Positions 24,801 through 34,564 of a DNA stretch of 41,111 nucleotides are shown here, one piece after another (position 1 is the stretch's first letter; each line of letters opens with the position of its first letter). The position numbers and the translations under genes are program-made. A model generated the notes under the pieces. It had not been told where the DNA came from, made no database searches, and saw only the letters and a list, made by a program, of their open reading frames with translations. The stretch comes from a virus. Lineage: Duplodnaviria; Caudoviricetes. Location of the stretch: positions 1-41,111 of the IMG/VR virus record IMGVR_UViG_3300027808_000061; one strand, given 5' to 3'.

Positions 24801-27139
24801 CCAAGAGCAGCGTTGATTGCCTTGGCAAGAGGATTACCTGGCCCCATGACTGCCTCGTAGGAAAGACCTCGAGGCAATGTCTTATATTGGTCCGCCAAGT
24901 CATTCATGACATTCCACACAGCACGAGACTCTGACTGGTTTAGCCCAACGGCGGTTGTCTCTTCCACAAATCGGTTGGTAGCCTTTGCCTGAATCAACGA
25001 TCCATAGCGAGGGCTAAAGGCGTAGCGAAGCATCTCTTGAAGCGGATTTCGCTTGTAGGTGAGAAGGTCTCCGCCAAGGTTTTGCGGGTTGGTAAACGCA
25101 GTATCAACAAGATCCGCGTATGGTGAGTATGACTTAGCGTGGTAGTATCGGCCATACTTGTCCTGCAGCGTTGACCACTTCTGGATGACCCCATCCTCTG
25201 GTGCAATGCCTAGACGATAGCCAACCTTTTCCGCCTGGACCCAGTACTGCTTTGCTTCATCGCTAAGTTCCATAAGCTCATCAGCCTGAATATCAACAGC
25301 AAACGTCTTGCTGTTATCGTTAAGGAAGTTTCTCATATCATCCTTAAGTTCTTCTAGCTGCTTTTCGTCAAGAGCATCAAGATCAATACGACCAAATCGA
25401 CCATAGAGCTCGTCGTACTGGTCAGTACTTTGCCGAATTGCGGCCTTCAATTCTTTTCCACTAAGTCCCTTAATCGTTGTATCGATCTCACTCGCTCGTG
25501 CGCGTGAGAGCGTTCTCTGGGAGATAAGTGTAATACGAGACCCAATGCCAGTCATTGTCTGTCGGACATTGGCGATCCCCTGGGCAAGCTTGCCGTAGGC
25601 TGGTGCGCGAACAAACTCGAGGAAGTCAAGCGCGTCGCTGACGTTTCCAGCGTTGATTGCAGGAAGGATTAGTTCGTCAAAGAACTGGTCAGCCTGCACT
25701 GTGCTTCGCCCCAATGCATACCCAAGGCCGTTGCGAACAAAGGCACGAGCTGCGTTTACGTCAGTTGTTAGCGGAAGTAGTTCCTGCTTACCAGAGATAA
25801 GAAGTTTTGCCCCAGCAACAACAACGCTATTTCCGTGGAGTCGACCCTGGATTGCAAGCGCCTCTTCAGCGGACTGTGCGCTATCGATAGCAAGAGCTCG
25901 AAGCTGTAGATTTGCCTGAATAGAATCTTTAATTTCTTTAATCTCTTCAGGGAAATTAATTGCCCTGCTGACAGAATTAATAAGTTTTCCTCGTGAGTTA
26001 TTTGGAATCATCCCGGCATCAAGTAATGGGGTAACAGCAGCAAGTGCTCCCTTTTCGTCACCAGCTTCAACAAATGGGCGGACTGTTTCTATAAGAGAGT
26101 TAACAAAATCGTCGGCACTACCTTGCACAGCAAGCGCCGCCTGGTCCTCAATGAGCGCAGCAGCCCCACCCTTGGCCGCTTTGCCCATGGTAAAGGAGGT
26201 AAGTTCGGAAGCGGTCTTAATAACGGTGTCGGCTTCTCCAGGAGATGACCTAGCAAGTGCGGCAACAGCAGCCCTAATGTTTCTTGGCTTATATGCCATC
26301 TCGAGGATGGTGTGCGCTCGGCCAGCAATGGCGCTTGCGAATGCCTTAGAAGTACCGCTCAACGTTCCGCCGATAGCGTTGTACACCTGACCAACTGGCT
26401 GCCATAGGCGCATGAACTCTGAGTCTTTGGCTGCAAGAAGCGCCCCAGTCTTTACTGCCTTAATCAATCCTCCTGCTCGAGCAGCGCCAGAGGCAATTGC
26501 TCCACCAGGAATGTATGTAATTGGGTCAGTAATAAGACCAAGGACAACGTCGCGGACAATGTCCGGTTTTGCTCCAAACGTTCGTCCTTCGCTGTAGATA
26601 GTTTGGGCAATCTCGTCGACCGTCGCACCAGCATCAACCATAGCTCGGATTGAGCCGATGTCGTAGTAATCTTTGACGCTCTGGAAATTAGATCCAGACT
26701 GATCCTGCAAGAGTTTCTCTGCGGCGGACTTGGCAATAATATCCTTTTGGACAAATCGAGAAGGAGCCGAGATGACATCTAGTGCGGCGCCAGGGATTCC
26801 AGACACCACATCGCCAACACTTGGACCAGCCTCAAATGGTCGAATCGATCCGACAACATTGCCAACGGCACCAACTGCACCACCGACTGTCTCAACGGCT
26901 CCCTTGAGGAGTCCGCCAACACCAGGCACCGATCCGATAAGTCCAAGAAATCCTTGGCCAAGACCCTCTAAAGACTCACCAAACGTATCTGGTTTAGTAA
27001 TATTTACCGAAGCACGACCTGGTCCAGCACCAAAGCGAGACGACCCAGTAGATCCGCTACCCTGGGACGGGAGTGAGATGTCGCTATCAAGAGCGGTATA
27101 TCCACCAGTTCCTGGCTTAACAGAAAAGATACTTGGCAT
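21878..27139 (-). CDS. giant (1753 aa) putative internal virion/ejection protein with embedded GNAT acetyltransferase domain
   Basis: Ala/Gly-rich helical N-half with DP.TYIP motif; GNAT signature at about 22575-22850 (VTHLGAFQKGGGTGSALL...SKAFYYKLGF). Confidence 0.7.
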   Translation of the reverse strand: MPSIFSVKPGTGGYTALDSDISLPSQGSGSTGSSRFGAGPGRASVNITKPDTFGESLEGLGQGFLGLIGSVPGVGGLLKGAVETVGGAVGAVGNVVGSIRPFEAGPSVGDVVSGIPGAALDVISAPSRFVQKDIIAKSAAEKLLQDQSGSNFQSVKDYYDIGSIRAMVDAGATVDEIAQTIYSEGRTFGAKPDIVRDVVLGLITDPITYIPGGAIASGAARAGGLIKAVKTGALLAAKDSEFMRLWQPVGQVYNAIGGTLSGTSKAFASAIAGRAHTILEMAYKPRNIRAAVAALARSSPGEADTVIKTASELTSFTMGKAAKGGAAALIEDQAALAVQGSADDFVNSLIETVRPFVEAGDEKGALAAVTPLLDAGMIPNNSRGKLINSVSRAINFPEEIKEIKDSIQANLQLRALAIDSAQSAEEALAIQGRLHGNSVVVAGAKLLISGKQELLPLTTDVNAARAFVRNGLGYALGRSTVQADQFFDELILPAINAGNVSDALDFLEFVRAPAYGKLAQGIANVRQTMTGIGSRITLISQRTLSRARASEIDTTIKGLSGKELKAAIRQSTDQYDELYGRFGRIDLDALDEKQLEELKDDMRNFLNDNSKTFAVDIQADELMELSDEAKQYWVQAEKVGYRLGIAPEDGVIQKWSTLQDKYGRYYHAKSYSPYADLVDTAFTNPQNLGGDLLTYKRNPLQEMLRYAFSPRYGSLIQAKATNRFVEETTAVGLNQSESRAVWNVMNDLADQYKTLPRGLSYEAVMGPGNPLAKAINAALGKEALARIAAKAGVPVEEAWTQVFNGLMRAYAGHIDDIGIMPALTSRIKMQFPKIAIVTDRFYPASRFGTLAPQFQYIQENIEPVFFRFTTGAGVREERIAGLTKNDIRTRAIIGEYAAVREVGDAQTVFMVAGNQTAQQMGTKAPTFWEAIGSFARGNAEFKDVRLSMKNGILAVTDRKKRTMQAMISRGASLRANRVFAEHLPEELPNLERFFGTSEPEDVMHIIGLDFIGRTDPVSAQRLMDAGVDVAMMRGFTSRGVVATEVAVNEKRFVDAGGEILELDDPEDLKQLLDDFTDFDSADNVVDDVVDDYNLTAEQEAFEQEAFKKEGKTLEELFQYGADNYNKGILKMAVKENVSIDDARTLFFEKKSADQDAMLAKAIKELGKNPTKKDVADATARVLKDFGEVKTKTGGSSGFDGKWWDEQGAVSDIQGLLNKHMSATVDRARSVGTKATGPRPLSSYKRDEVSAIQAIEDYYGGSKSISQEMLATPKGRAIARHMFNYDDTWETAAKRVEEERLFALEEELPDWNAVKNNPAKKKDYLNRNPNPEEFYSGKPDAKFYVEKSKNSYGKIGFNEEDISDIFDDIEGNLKNGTIDIRNFKNGFQVFPDQGREYIKTLKQSEQAGTAFSVLKDGLNRYFMWDPKVRKAAKWKVAYDADGNISGFALFVPEKLRAGLTGEDILDNIAVTHLGAFQKGGGTGSALLADAHRAAKAEGIGMYVHDVTDSSKAFYYKLGFKKTTNQYDSIENMMAPPDFMYKTVGKTDAEVQSYQNIVAGFRKAAADEGKRAQRAIYFDPNRPWIERSLNHPLLALYPLSYMVGKVIPEFTRLLVATPFAKALGGTRPFLGVEALRITAEATVAATQYDPEFSSWIQDNPEAWILINWLLPYTPDNIGFGLSSTVRKLGVAKGMAGEGFDVGRFPQEGFNQVVSASLPGSWRLGFNAANQIFTQNPVADLAPDSLNITDILQGKN

Positions 27140-29925
27140 TAACGACCTCCCCCGCCCTTACCAGCAACAATTGTTGGAACTGACGAATTGATTGGAGTAA
27201 CTGACCCATTTAGAGGAGCTATCTCTCCAGCCCGGAATGCGTTAAATGCCGCCTGGGCCGCTGGGGTAACAGATGCAGCCTTAACAGAAGTCATAACTGG
27301 TCCGTACCCTTCTACTCCAACAATGTTTACCGCTGGAGAAACCCCGCCGCTACTCATCCTTGGAGTGATAGTAGAAGCTGGCCTGAGTCCTGGAGAAATT
27401 GTTACGCTTGATGGGCCAGGAGCGGTAATCTTATTGAACATTCCAACAGCTCCTTGGCCAATTACATTTCCAATTGCACCAGCTACACCTATTGGATTTG
27501 CAAGCGTTGCAAGACCACGGAAAACAAATCCAAGGTCAAATTCAGTTTTGTTGCCAGCACCAGTTGGTGTAGCCTGATTAATCCCATTGTACGATATAGG
27601 CTGCTGCGGCTGAACCGCACCGCCAGTCTGATAATTAGTGCCAAACGATCCCCTTGTATCAATTGGTCTAATGGTTGCTAGCTGTACAAATTCTTCTTTC
27701 TTCTTTTGAACTTTTGCTGCCGCAAGTTCTGCATTCATCATGGCAATTCGTACGCCAGGATCTTGGCTGACACTTGCCATGTTTGATAACTCCGTTTGAG
27801 TTTTAGTTGTTTTTTCAATAAGTGCAAGTGTTTCAACAGCTAGTGCGCTATTTGCTGGAACGGTATCAAGAATTGACTGAAGAATAATGTTGGTACCTTG
27901 AATTCCAACTAACGCAGGGTTGTCCGAGTTAACCCTTGCGTACGGGTTTACCATAAGCGACTGAGCCTTAGTCGAAGCGTTTGGATTTACAAGGTCTGAC
28001 AATACAGCTTCTGTTCCAGAAATAGTTGACTTAATCTGGTATACCTCTTGATTGTTAGGAAGGACTGTCTTCTTTGATTCACGGGAAATAATGCTCTTCC
28101 CGTCAGCGGCAAGCATCAGTTTTCCAATATCCAAAGGTGGCGTCTTATAAATAATACCATCCTTAGAGGCATACATTGGACCTACTGAAGTTTCAATCTT
28201 ATAGCCCCAAAGCCCCATGTCAGAGGTGTCTGGCTGCCCAGCATATGATCCGTAGATTGGAACTCCCTGATATTGCGCTGCGTAGTTGTTTCCAGCGGCG
28301 TCCTGTTCAAGTCGAGTAATATAACCAGCTCCTGGTGCGGGAGATTTTATGTCAGTAATCAATGGTGGTAGGCTAGGATCTGATGGATAGCTAATTTGCT
28401 TTGTCCCATTAAGGAAACCAGCATCATATTCTACTGTATCAATAACATTTGAAAACTCAGCAATGCTGTACCTATTGTCACCAGTTGTGGTAGTATCTGG
28501 AAGTTGAGGAAGGAACCCAGACGATACAAGTGAAGGAATTACCTCATCCATAAGCGTACTTGGGATTTGAGTAATTTTTTCACCACGAAGTGCAGCTTCA
28601 TAAAGTCCTGCTTCGTTATCGATCTTTACCTGGATTTCATCTAATGCTGGATTGGTAATCGTTTCAAGTCCATCTCCAAACATTGTAGTAGTTTTTCCAC
28701 GGAGGAACATTGCCCACTGGGTCATCACAATCTTTTCATTTCCAGGAATATTACCTGCGGCAGTCATGAAGATTGCCTTTTTCTGCACGCCAGTAATGTA
28801 TTCGTCGTACGACGTGTTCTCACCAGAAACCTTTTTGGTAGCAGTAACTGTTGCTGAGGCGGTAAGCGCCTCCTCGGAGTTACCCTTACCTTGGCTGTTA
28901 AGCACGTTGACGTATCCCTTTGAAGCTCGAGCTGCCTCATCGAGAGCCACTTGCACCTCAATGCGTGTGCTCTCTGGCTGTGATTCAAGCCAAGCAGTAA
29001 GACCAGCAGGGCTGGCCTTCTGAAGATCAGCAAATCCAAACGTAGCAGAAGATGTATCTACGCCAAGTGTTGATCCAATTGCCTTTGCAAACGCATTAAG
29101 TGTTCCCATCGCGGAGTCGTATGATTCCTTGCGTTGCAACAGGAAAGATGCTGCGGCTGCATTTGATGCATCAACCTCTTGCTTCTTGATGAGATCCTTA
29201 GTGTTTTGGATTTCAGTTGTTATATTAGAATAAAATGTTCCACCAATACCTGCTGTTTCAAGTTTGGTTTTCCACCCTTCATACCACGAAAGAAGTTCTT
29301 TATTTGCGGCAATAACCTTTGAGGCCTTTTTCCCATTGGCCTTATCAACCATGTCCTGAACCAGAACTAGTTGGTATTTGTACAAATTGCTATTAACATC
29401 AAATTTAACATCGTTGTAGGTATTAGCGTCATCGACAACAGCAGAAAGTGCTTTCTGAGACAGCGAGTCATACTCTTCCTCTGTGATGTTTGACTTTACA
29501 AGGTCATTGTATGCATATGTTACATAGTTCTTTACAACTTGCTCTAGGTCAGTGCCATACTTTCCAGCACCCTCTCCCTTGAGGAATGCGACGTACTCTT
29601 CAAAATTTGCCCCAGTGTTTGCAGTAAATGATTCGCTAAGACTTTTGTTGGTTTTATCTGTCTGAAAACCTTTTGCATTTGCCAACAGATTATCATAATA
29701 CGCAATCTCAGCTTGGCTAAGATTTCCCTCAGCAAGTCGTCCGTTAACAAAATTTTGAAGATCTGAGAAATTGGTATTTTCGCCACCATAAAGACTGCCA
29801 TCGTAGAATGAGTTAAACAGTGCGCTCTGTTCGAGGTTCCTATTCTGTGTAGCAAGACTTCTAATAAAGGAACTTAAATTTTGCTGCCCAGACGTTGATC
29901 GTCCGAACCTACCAATCCTTGCCAT
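27139..29925 (-). CDS. large (928 aa) putative internal virion protein
   Basis: TAATG-coupled to the portal; helical and AT-rich; no recognisable catalytic motif. Confidence 0.65.
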   Translation of the reverse strand: MARIGRFGRSTSGQQNLSSFIRSLATQNRNLEQSALFNSFYDGSLYGGENTNFSDLQNFVNGRLAEGNLSQAEIAYYDNLLANAKGFQTDKTNKSLSESFTANTGANFEEYVAFLKGEGAGKYGTDLEQVVKNYVTYAYNDLVKSNITEEEYDSLSQKALSAVVDDANTYNDVKFDVNSNLYKYQLVLVQDMVDKANGKKASKVIAANKELLSWYEGWKTKLETAGIGGTFYSNITTEIQNTKDLIKKQEVDASNAAAASFLLQRKESYDSAMGTLNAFAKAIGSTLGVDTSSATFGFADLQKASPAGLTAWLESQPESTRIEVQVALDEAARASKGYVNVLNSQGKGNSEEALTASATVTATKKVSGENTSYDEYITGVQKKAIFMTAAGNIPGNEKIVMTQWAMFLRGKTTTMFGDGLETITNPALDEIQVKIDNEAGLYEAALRGEKITQIPSTLMDEVIPSLVSSGFLPQLPDTTTTGDNRYSIAEFSNVIDTVEYDAGFLNGTKQISYPSDPSLPPLITDIKSPAPGAGYITRLEQDAAGNNYAAQYQGVPIYGSYAGQPDTSDMGLWGYKIETSVGPMYASKDGIIYKTPPLDIGKLMLAADGKSIISRESKKTVLPNNQEVYQIKSTISGTEAVLSDLVNPNASTKAQSLMVNPYARVNSDNPALVGIQGTNIILQSILDTVPANSALAVETLALIEKTTKTQTELSNMASVSQDPGVRIAMMNAELAAAKVQKKKEEFVQLATIRPIDTRGSFGTNYQTGGAVQPQQPISYNGINQATPTGAGNKTEFDLGFVFRGLATLANPIGVAGAIGNVIGQGAVGMFNKITAPGPSSVTISPGLRPASTITPRMSSGGVSPAVNIVGVEGYGPVMTSVKAASVTPAAQAAFNAFRAGEIAPLNGSVTPINSSVPTIVAGKGGGGR

Positions 29926-32225
29926 TAAACGTTACCTCCTGCTGGTGGCATTAGTTGTTCACCATTTGCCAATGTTTGATCGATTGGTTGCCCAGATGAA
30001 AGAGGGGCTCCGTTTGGTGCTAATGCATTGGATGGAACTGCACCCGCTGGTGGCTGTGCTTGATTCTCAAGCTGGTTAAGCGATTGAGATCCAGACGGCT
30101 GCTGTTGAAGCATCCGTGCAGTATTTTCCACGCTTGCCTGCTGCTGCGCAAACTGCTCCTGAGCCGCCTGTTGCTGCTGCAACTGCATCTGCTGGAACAT
30201 CTGAACAAGGTTTGCCATAGCCATAACAGCGGATGGATTGAGCGTTGCATCGGTCTGTTCGTCTCGAATGACTCCCATCTCGCCCTCTGGGTCCTCGACA
30301 CCAACGCGATCCATTGCGCGGCTTGCGCTCCAGATACGGTTCTGTACAAGGTTGATAGCGGTCTGAGCAAGCTCGAGTGTGTCTCGAGGAGTTAGCTCAG
30401 GTGGGGTAATCTCAATTCGGTAGTTGCCGCCAAAGATGACGCCAACCTTCTTATCCTTTGTCTCCCAGATCTTGGCGCACAAACGCCATACCTGCTTGAT
30501 CCATGAATAGAGTAGCTTGCGCTTTGGAGCAATGCGTGCTTCATAGTTAGCCACGAGCGACGCGATGGCGCGGGATGACCCGAGCACGCCCGAAGGAGCA
30601 AGCCCGAGGAGGAGGTCATTGAGTCCCGTCACCACCGCAATCTCACGGTCGATACGCTTGTTGTAGTCTTCAATCTGGAACTGAGGAATAAACGGCGAGA
30701 TTGAGCGAATTTCATTGCCAGGTCCAGGTGCTGCCATCTTTCCAGGCTTTGGGATAGCATTGGCCGGAATCTCATCTGGTGCCTCTGCGCCAACCAACTG
30801 GAACATCTGACCACCAATAACTGAGTGGATCATCTGTGCCTGGTTAGTAATACGTTCGTCCTTCTCCCTTAGGAGTTGCTCAACGTCATACAGTTCCGGT
30901 TTGCCGTAAGGGCTTCCAGGAACCTTGGCGTTGGGGAGAAGGATGTATGGTAGGTCCCCTCGGAACTCTGCATGCTTTGTATTCTTTACCAGTGTGTTGC
31001 CGACAAATATGGCGTTATAAACTGTTGGAGCCTTGCCTGCAACTCCAGGAACCTTGTACCAGTAGTCGTATACTTCAACCTGCTGCATCTCGTACGGTGT
31101 TTCGCGTCGAAGTGGGTTGCGCTCAAATTGGTTTAGGTAAACGTTGGCAATTGGATCATCATGGGTTGAGGCGGTGTAGTTGTACCACTTGCCACCCTGC
31201 TGTGTTGGGACAACTCGAATGCCATAATCCTCTTCAACTGCCTGCGGAGACATGCCGTAGCAGTAAAGAGCCCAGTCTACTCGGCTAAAGTCAGACACGC
31301 CAAATCCAAGGTAGAGGTTTTCTGGTGACTCTACAATGCGTACCTTTGGCATCTGCTTTTCTGCATCCCAATAAATCTTAGCTGCAGTGTATCCGTAAAG
31401 CGCCTTAATAAAGCATGCGTCTTCAAGAACAAGGTCAAACTCATTCTCTTCAGCCCAGCGAAAAAACAGCCTTTCTGCGTTAGCTGCCTTAGCGCGTGAA
31501 TCATTATCCTGTCCCTCTGGGACGTAGTTAATCACTGGCATCACTGCCTGCAACGAAGCTGGAATGTTGACGTACGCAGCATGGACGTTGACTGAAACGT
31601 GGGCTCGACCAGCGGTTCGAGCTGTTGCGTCATCTGCCCAATGGTCTGCTCCACCAAGCGTCACAATGTTTGGATGGTAGAGGTTATCAAAACGTCGGAA
31701 GATTGCACGAAGTCGGTTCTGCTCTGGCTCCGTTGTCTGCTTGCGCATAAGCACTTCACCAAATAGTTTGAACCCAGGGTCTTCTTCTGGAATAACGTTC
31801 TGAATCTCAAGAGAAGCCTTAAGCATTTTAATGGATGCAGTCTGAGATTCACTCAACTTACTAACATCAAGTTTTGCGTAATTCTTTTTAATTGGGGTGC
31901 CCTTTGACCCAGTTGAATAATTAAGAATTGTAGGAGAAGTTACAATTTCAGGAGAAGTTGCGGATACGCCCTGGCTCGCGGGGGCAGGGGCCCTCTCCGT
32001 CGCTCCTGGGCCTGTTTTAGGGGCTTTTAGGGACGATACTAGAGGGCTAGACTTAGGCATCAGGGTATCAACGCGCTGTCCCTGTCCAATTTTCTTTGCC
32101 TTGTCAAGGGCTGTCCCAATAGAACGGATCTGTTCAGGCGTGGCGATATCAGGGTCAGTAGTATACTGCCCTGGAATTGCTCGCGTTCCCTGGAACGCCT
32201 TTGGGATTCCTCGAACCTTAGCCAT
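29925..32225 (-). CDS. portal protein
   Basis: Immediately after TerL; G....K.YWD, P..PYG.PEL, Gln-rich C-terminal helix as in P22-like portals. Confidence 0.85.
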   Translation of the reverse strand: MAKVRGIPKAFQGTRAIPGQYTTDPDIATPEQIRSIGTALDKAKKIGQGQRVDTLMPKSSPLVSSLKAPKTGPGATERAPAPASQGVSATSPEIVTSPTILNYSTGSKGTPIKKNYAKLDVSKLSESQTASIKMLKASLEIQNVIPEEDPGFKLFGEVLMRKQTTEPEQNRLRAIFRRFDNLYHPNIVTLGGADHWADDATARTAGRAHVSVNVHAAYVNIPASLQAVMPVINYVPEGQDNDSRAKAANAERLFFRWAEENEFDLVLEDACFIKALYGYTAAKIYWDAEKQMPKVRIVESPENLYLGFGVSDFSRVDWALYCYGMSPQAVEEDYGIRVVPTQQGGKWYNYTASTHDDPIANVYLNQFERNPLRRETPYEMQQVEVYDYWYKVPGVAGKAPTVYNAIFVGNTLVKNTKHAEFRGDLPYILLPNAKVPGSPYGKPELYDVEQLLREKDERITNQAQMIHSVIGGQMFQLVGAEAPDEIPANAIPKPGKMAAPGPGNEIRSISPFIPQFQIEDYNKRIDREIAVVTGLNDLLLGLAPSGVLGSSRAIASLVANYEARIAPKRKLLYSWIKQVWRLCAKIWETKDKKVGVIFGGNYRIEITPPELTPRDTLELAQTAINLVQNRIWSASRAMDRVGVEDPEGEMGVIRDEQTDATLNPSAVMAMANLVQMFQQMQLQQQQAAQEQFAQQQASVENTARMLQQQPSGSQSLNQLENQAQPPAGAVPSNALAPNGAPLSSGQPIDQTLANGEQLMPPAGGNV

Positions 32226-33721
32226 TAATCACTTCCTCCATAATACGTAAATGCCGGGTCTTTAACTGGTTGCTCTGGGTTTCTTGATGCGTGCCATGCC
32301 GCAAGGGCAAGTGCCATTACCGCATCGGTAGTAAGTTTCTTGTCGTTAAGCTTGTATGAGAACAACTGTCGTCGAAGGTCATCCCATGGTTGCCCACGAG
32401 GAATAACAATCATCTTCTTATCGAGCATTGACTTTAACGTGGCAAGAAGATTAAGCTTCTTTGCTTTTGTGCCGCCAAAGTCGTACCCACGAAGTGGCTT
32501 GATAATGCTAAACTCTTGTCGGAAAAGTCTTCCACCAAGGCCAGTCTCATCAACAATCGTTGTGCAGAATGCTCCGTCTTGCTGATAAAGCAAGGCATTC
32601 TCCCTAACCATATTGACTACTGCTGGGATCGTCTGCTTTCCCTCACGCTTTCGTGCGCGAACTGCGGTGATGCGAGTTCGGTCCGTATAATCGAGTACGA
32701 CCGTCCATGTTGCGTCAGAAGAAATACCGGGGTCACATCCTTGGACGTACCGATGTCCCCTGTGTGGCGGAAGCTCTGTAGGTGCGTCAGTATCAAAGGC
32801 TCCTTCGATTGACTGCGACGCGAAGTATGCGTCTCGTGATTCGATGAAGTATCCATCGACGTTCTGGGGTACGAGGTATTCTGCCTGTTGTCGTACAATG
32901 GAGTCGAAGTTAGCTGCTGTGAGTCCGTATCCAACATTGTCGCGGGTTGAAAGCCGAAAGGAGATAAACTGTGGGTCCCTGCTCGGGTTCTCGGTATTTC
33001 CCATTTCCCAGAGGTCTGAGTAGTCTCCGATGCCTTCCGTCGGCGTACCGATGAAGTGGAGCGGACCACCCGTTGAGAGGCGCCGAAGGTTGAGTACCTC
33101 TTGGTAGATCTCCACCAAGTGTGGCTCGAATGCCGCCTCGTCGAACGAGATGCCATTCATGTCCTTCCCGAGAAGCGCCTTAGCTTTCTCCTGCGTTGTA
33201 CGGAAATGGATGCTTGCTCCACCGACCAAAGGATGGAACTTGATCCAGAGATACTCTCCTCGGTACTTCTTATCCAGTGTTGCAATTGTCCCAAGTTCAT
33301 CCTTGAGTGGGCATCCCTGCCCTTTTTGCGCTGGATGGTTACCGCTTAGAATAGATGATATTTCGCGGTGAACAAGCTCGGCGGTCTCTTGCTGAATTCC
33401 AATGTGATACCAGTCGTACGGTACGTTGGACCATCTTCGAGCGTCATCGGGATCGTTTGGATTTGGCTGTTGAATGCCCATTTTGTACAAGGCATGGTGA
33501 AGGCAGAGTACCGCCATCGCCATTGTTTTCCCCGCACGATTCCCTGCGGATACGACAGTAGTGAGGTATCGGGGACGATACCCTGATTCATCTCGCTCCT
33601 GGCATGCATTCCACCAACTGACTTGTCCTGGGTGGCCTTTAATGCCAAGCCAGCGCCGAGCAAAGAACTCGATGTCAGTGCGACCGAGAGCCAGATCTCG
33701 TGCAATTTCATTATCGAGCAC
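32225..33721 (-). CDS. terL: terminase large subunit
   Basis: HPGQ, Walker A AGNRAGKT, Walker B ISFDEAA, IGTP, nuclease GCDPG, VDETGLG, DAVMALALA. Confidence 0.93.
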   Translation of the reverse strand: MLDNEIARDLALGRTDIEFFARRWLGIKGHPGQVSWWNACQERDESGYRPRYLTTVVSAGNRAGKTMAMAVLCLHHALYKMGIQQPNPNDPDDARRWSNVPYDWYHIGIQQETAELVHREISSILSGNHPAQKGQGCPLKDELGTIATLDKKYRGEYLWIKFHPLVGGASIHFRTTQEKAKALLGKDMNGISFDEAAFEPHLVEIYQEVLNLRRLSTGGPLHFIGTPTEGIGDYSDLWEMGNTENPSRDPQFISFRLSTRDNVGYGLTAANFDSIVRQQAEYLVPQNVDGYFIESRDAYFASQSIEGAFDTDAPTELPPHRGHRYVQGCDPGISSDATWTVVLDYTDRTRITAVRARKREGKQTIPAVVNMVRENALLYQQDGAFCTTIVDETGLGGRLFRQEFSIIKPLRGYDFGGTKAKKLNLLATLKSMLDKKMIVIPRGQPWDDLRRQLFSYKLNDKKLTTDAVMALALAAWHASRNPEQPVKDPAFTYYGGSD

Positions 33722-34022
33722 GAGTCCCCTTGTTTCTTGCGCTGATTGATTGAGCCTTTGACTTTGCGTCAGCCTTGCTGCTCGCTCCCCACGCCTGTAG
33801 GCTTAGAAGTAAACGGGTTGGTCGACCCTTAGCATCGCGCTCTGGTCCTGGCATGCCACCCATTCGCGCAAGGAATGATGCGCGTCGTGGGTTGTCGCCT
33901 CGCTTTACTGGAGCCTTAAGCGTCCCGCCAGTCTGGGCTTTATATGACGCTCGACCTTTGGCATTCAATCCGCCAGCAGGGTTCTTCCCTTCACTGCGCT
34001 GCCATGCCGCGCTTCGTGCCAT
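33711..34022 (-). CDS. DUF6321-like basic protein
   Basis: AWQRSEGKNPAGGLNAKGRASY...LKAPV...RRASFLARMGGMPG...SLQAWG; GAGGTG RBS, TAATG start. Confidence 0.85.
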   Translation of the reverse strand: MARSAAWQRSEGKNPAGGLNAKGRASYKAQTGGTLKAPVKRGDNPRRASFLARMGGMPGPERDAKGRPTRLLLSLQAWGASSKADAKSKAQSISARNKGTRAR

Positions 34023-34564
34023 TACTTCACCTCGTTGTGGTAATATAGAACTCGATTGCAAAAGGCGATAGATTTTGCCTTCTCAACAATCTTGTCAATG
34101 AAGGTACCGTCAGCCTCGTAGTGGCGATCGGAGTACCCAACAGAGCGACCCTTGTCGATCTGTACAATGTAGTTTCCAGAAGTTGAACTTCCAGACTTAA
34201 ATTGCGGAGTATTATTCCTAGACCATCCACAGTATACCACATCGTTCCCAGACTCTGCAAGTCTCATCATGTCTACAACGTAGTCTGGGTGGTAGGAGTC
34301 ATCATGGTTAAACCATCCAGCGTAATCTGAGGTTGCAAGGTCGAGACCCTTTGCTCGCTTTGCATGACCCCAGTCCCCAAGGTTTGGCTCCTCGTAGAAG
34401 CGAACTAGTGGGAACTCTTCCCTGAGTTTGTCCAGACTAATGTCCGAAGCTAGGGCAATGATTTCATCTGGCTTTCGTACCTGCCAGGTATAGAGGTCTG
34501 TCAGTATCCTTCGAAGGTTCTGTTCATCTGCATGAGCAGTCACAATCGCTGTCAGCGTCGCCAT
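34022..34564 (-). CDS. glycosyltransferase family 2 (GT-A)
   Basis: LTAIVTAH, PDEII, GDWGHAKRAKGL..ATSDY..WFNHDDSY, EADG.F. Confidence 0.85.
   Translation of the reverse strand: MATLTAIVTAHADEQNLRRILTDLYTWQVRKPDEIIALASDISLDKLREEFPLVRFYEEPNLGDWGHAKRAKGLDLATSDYAGWFNHDDSYHPDYVVDMMRLAESGNDVVYCGWSRNNTPQFKSGSSTSGNYIVQIDKGRSVGYSDRHYEADGTFIDKIVEKAKSIAFCNRVLYYHNEVK

Noticed and set aside
24194-24934. 246-aa + strand ORF as an antisense immunity gene
   Set aside because: No RBS or promoter and shadow-like composition; lies outside the GNAT segment.
21878-27139. Virion RNA polymerase, intein or tape measure
   Set aside because: No DxDGD or T7-type polymerase motifs, no intein C/HN termini or LAGLIDADG motif, and no TMP periodicity or adjacent chaperone genes seen.
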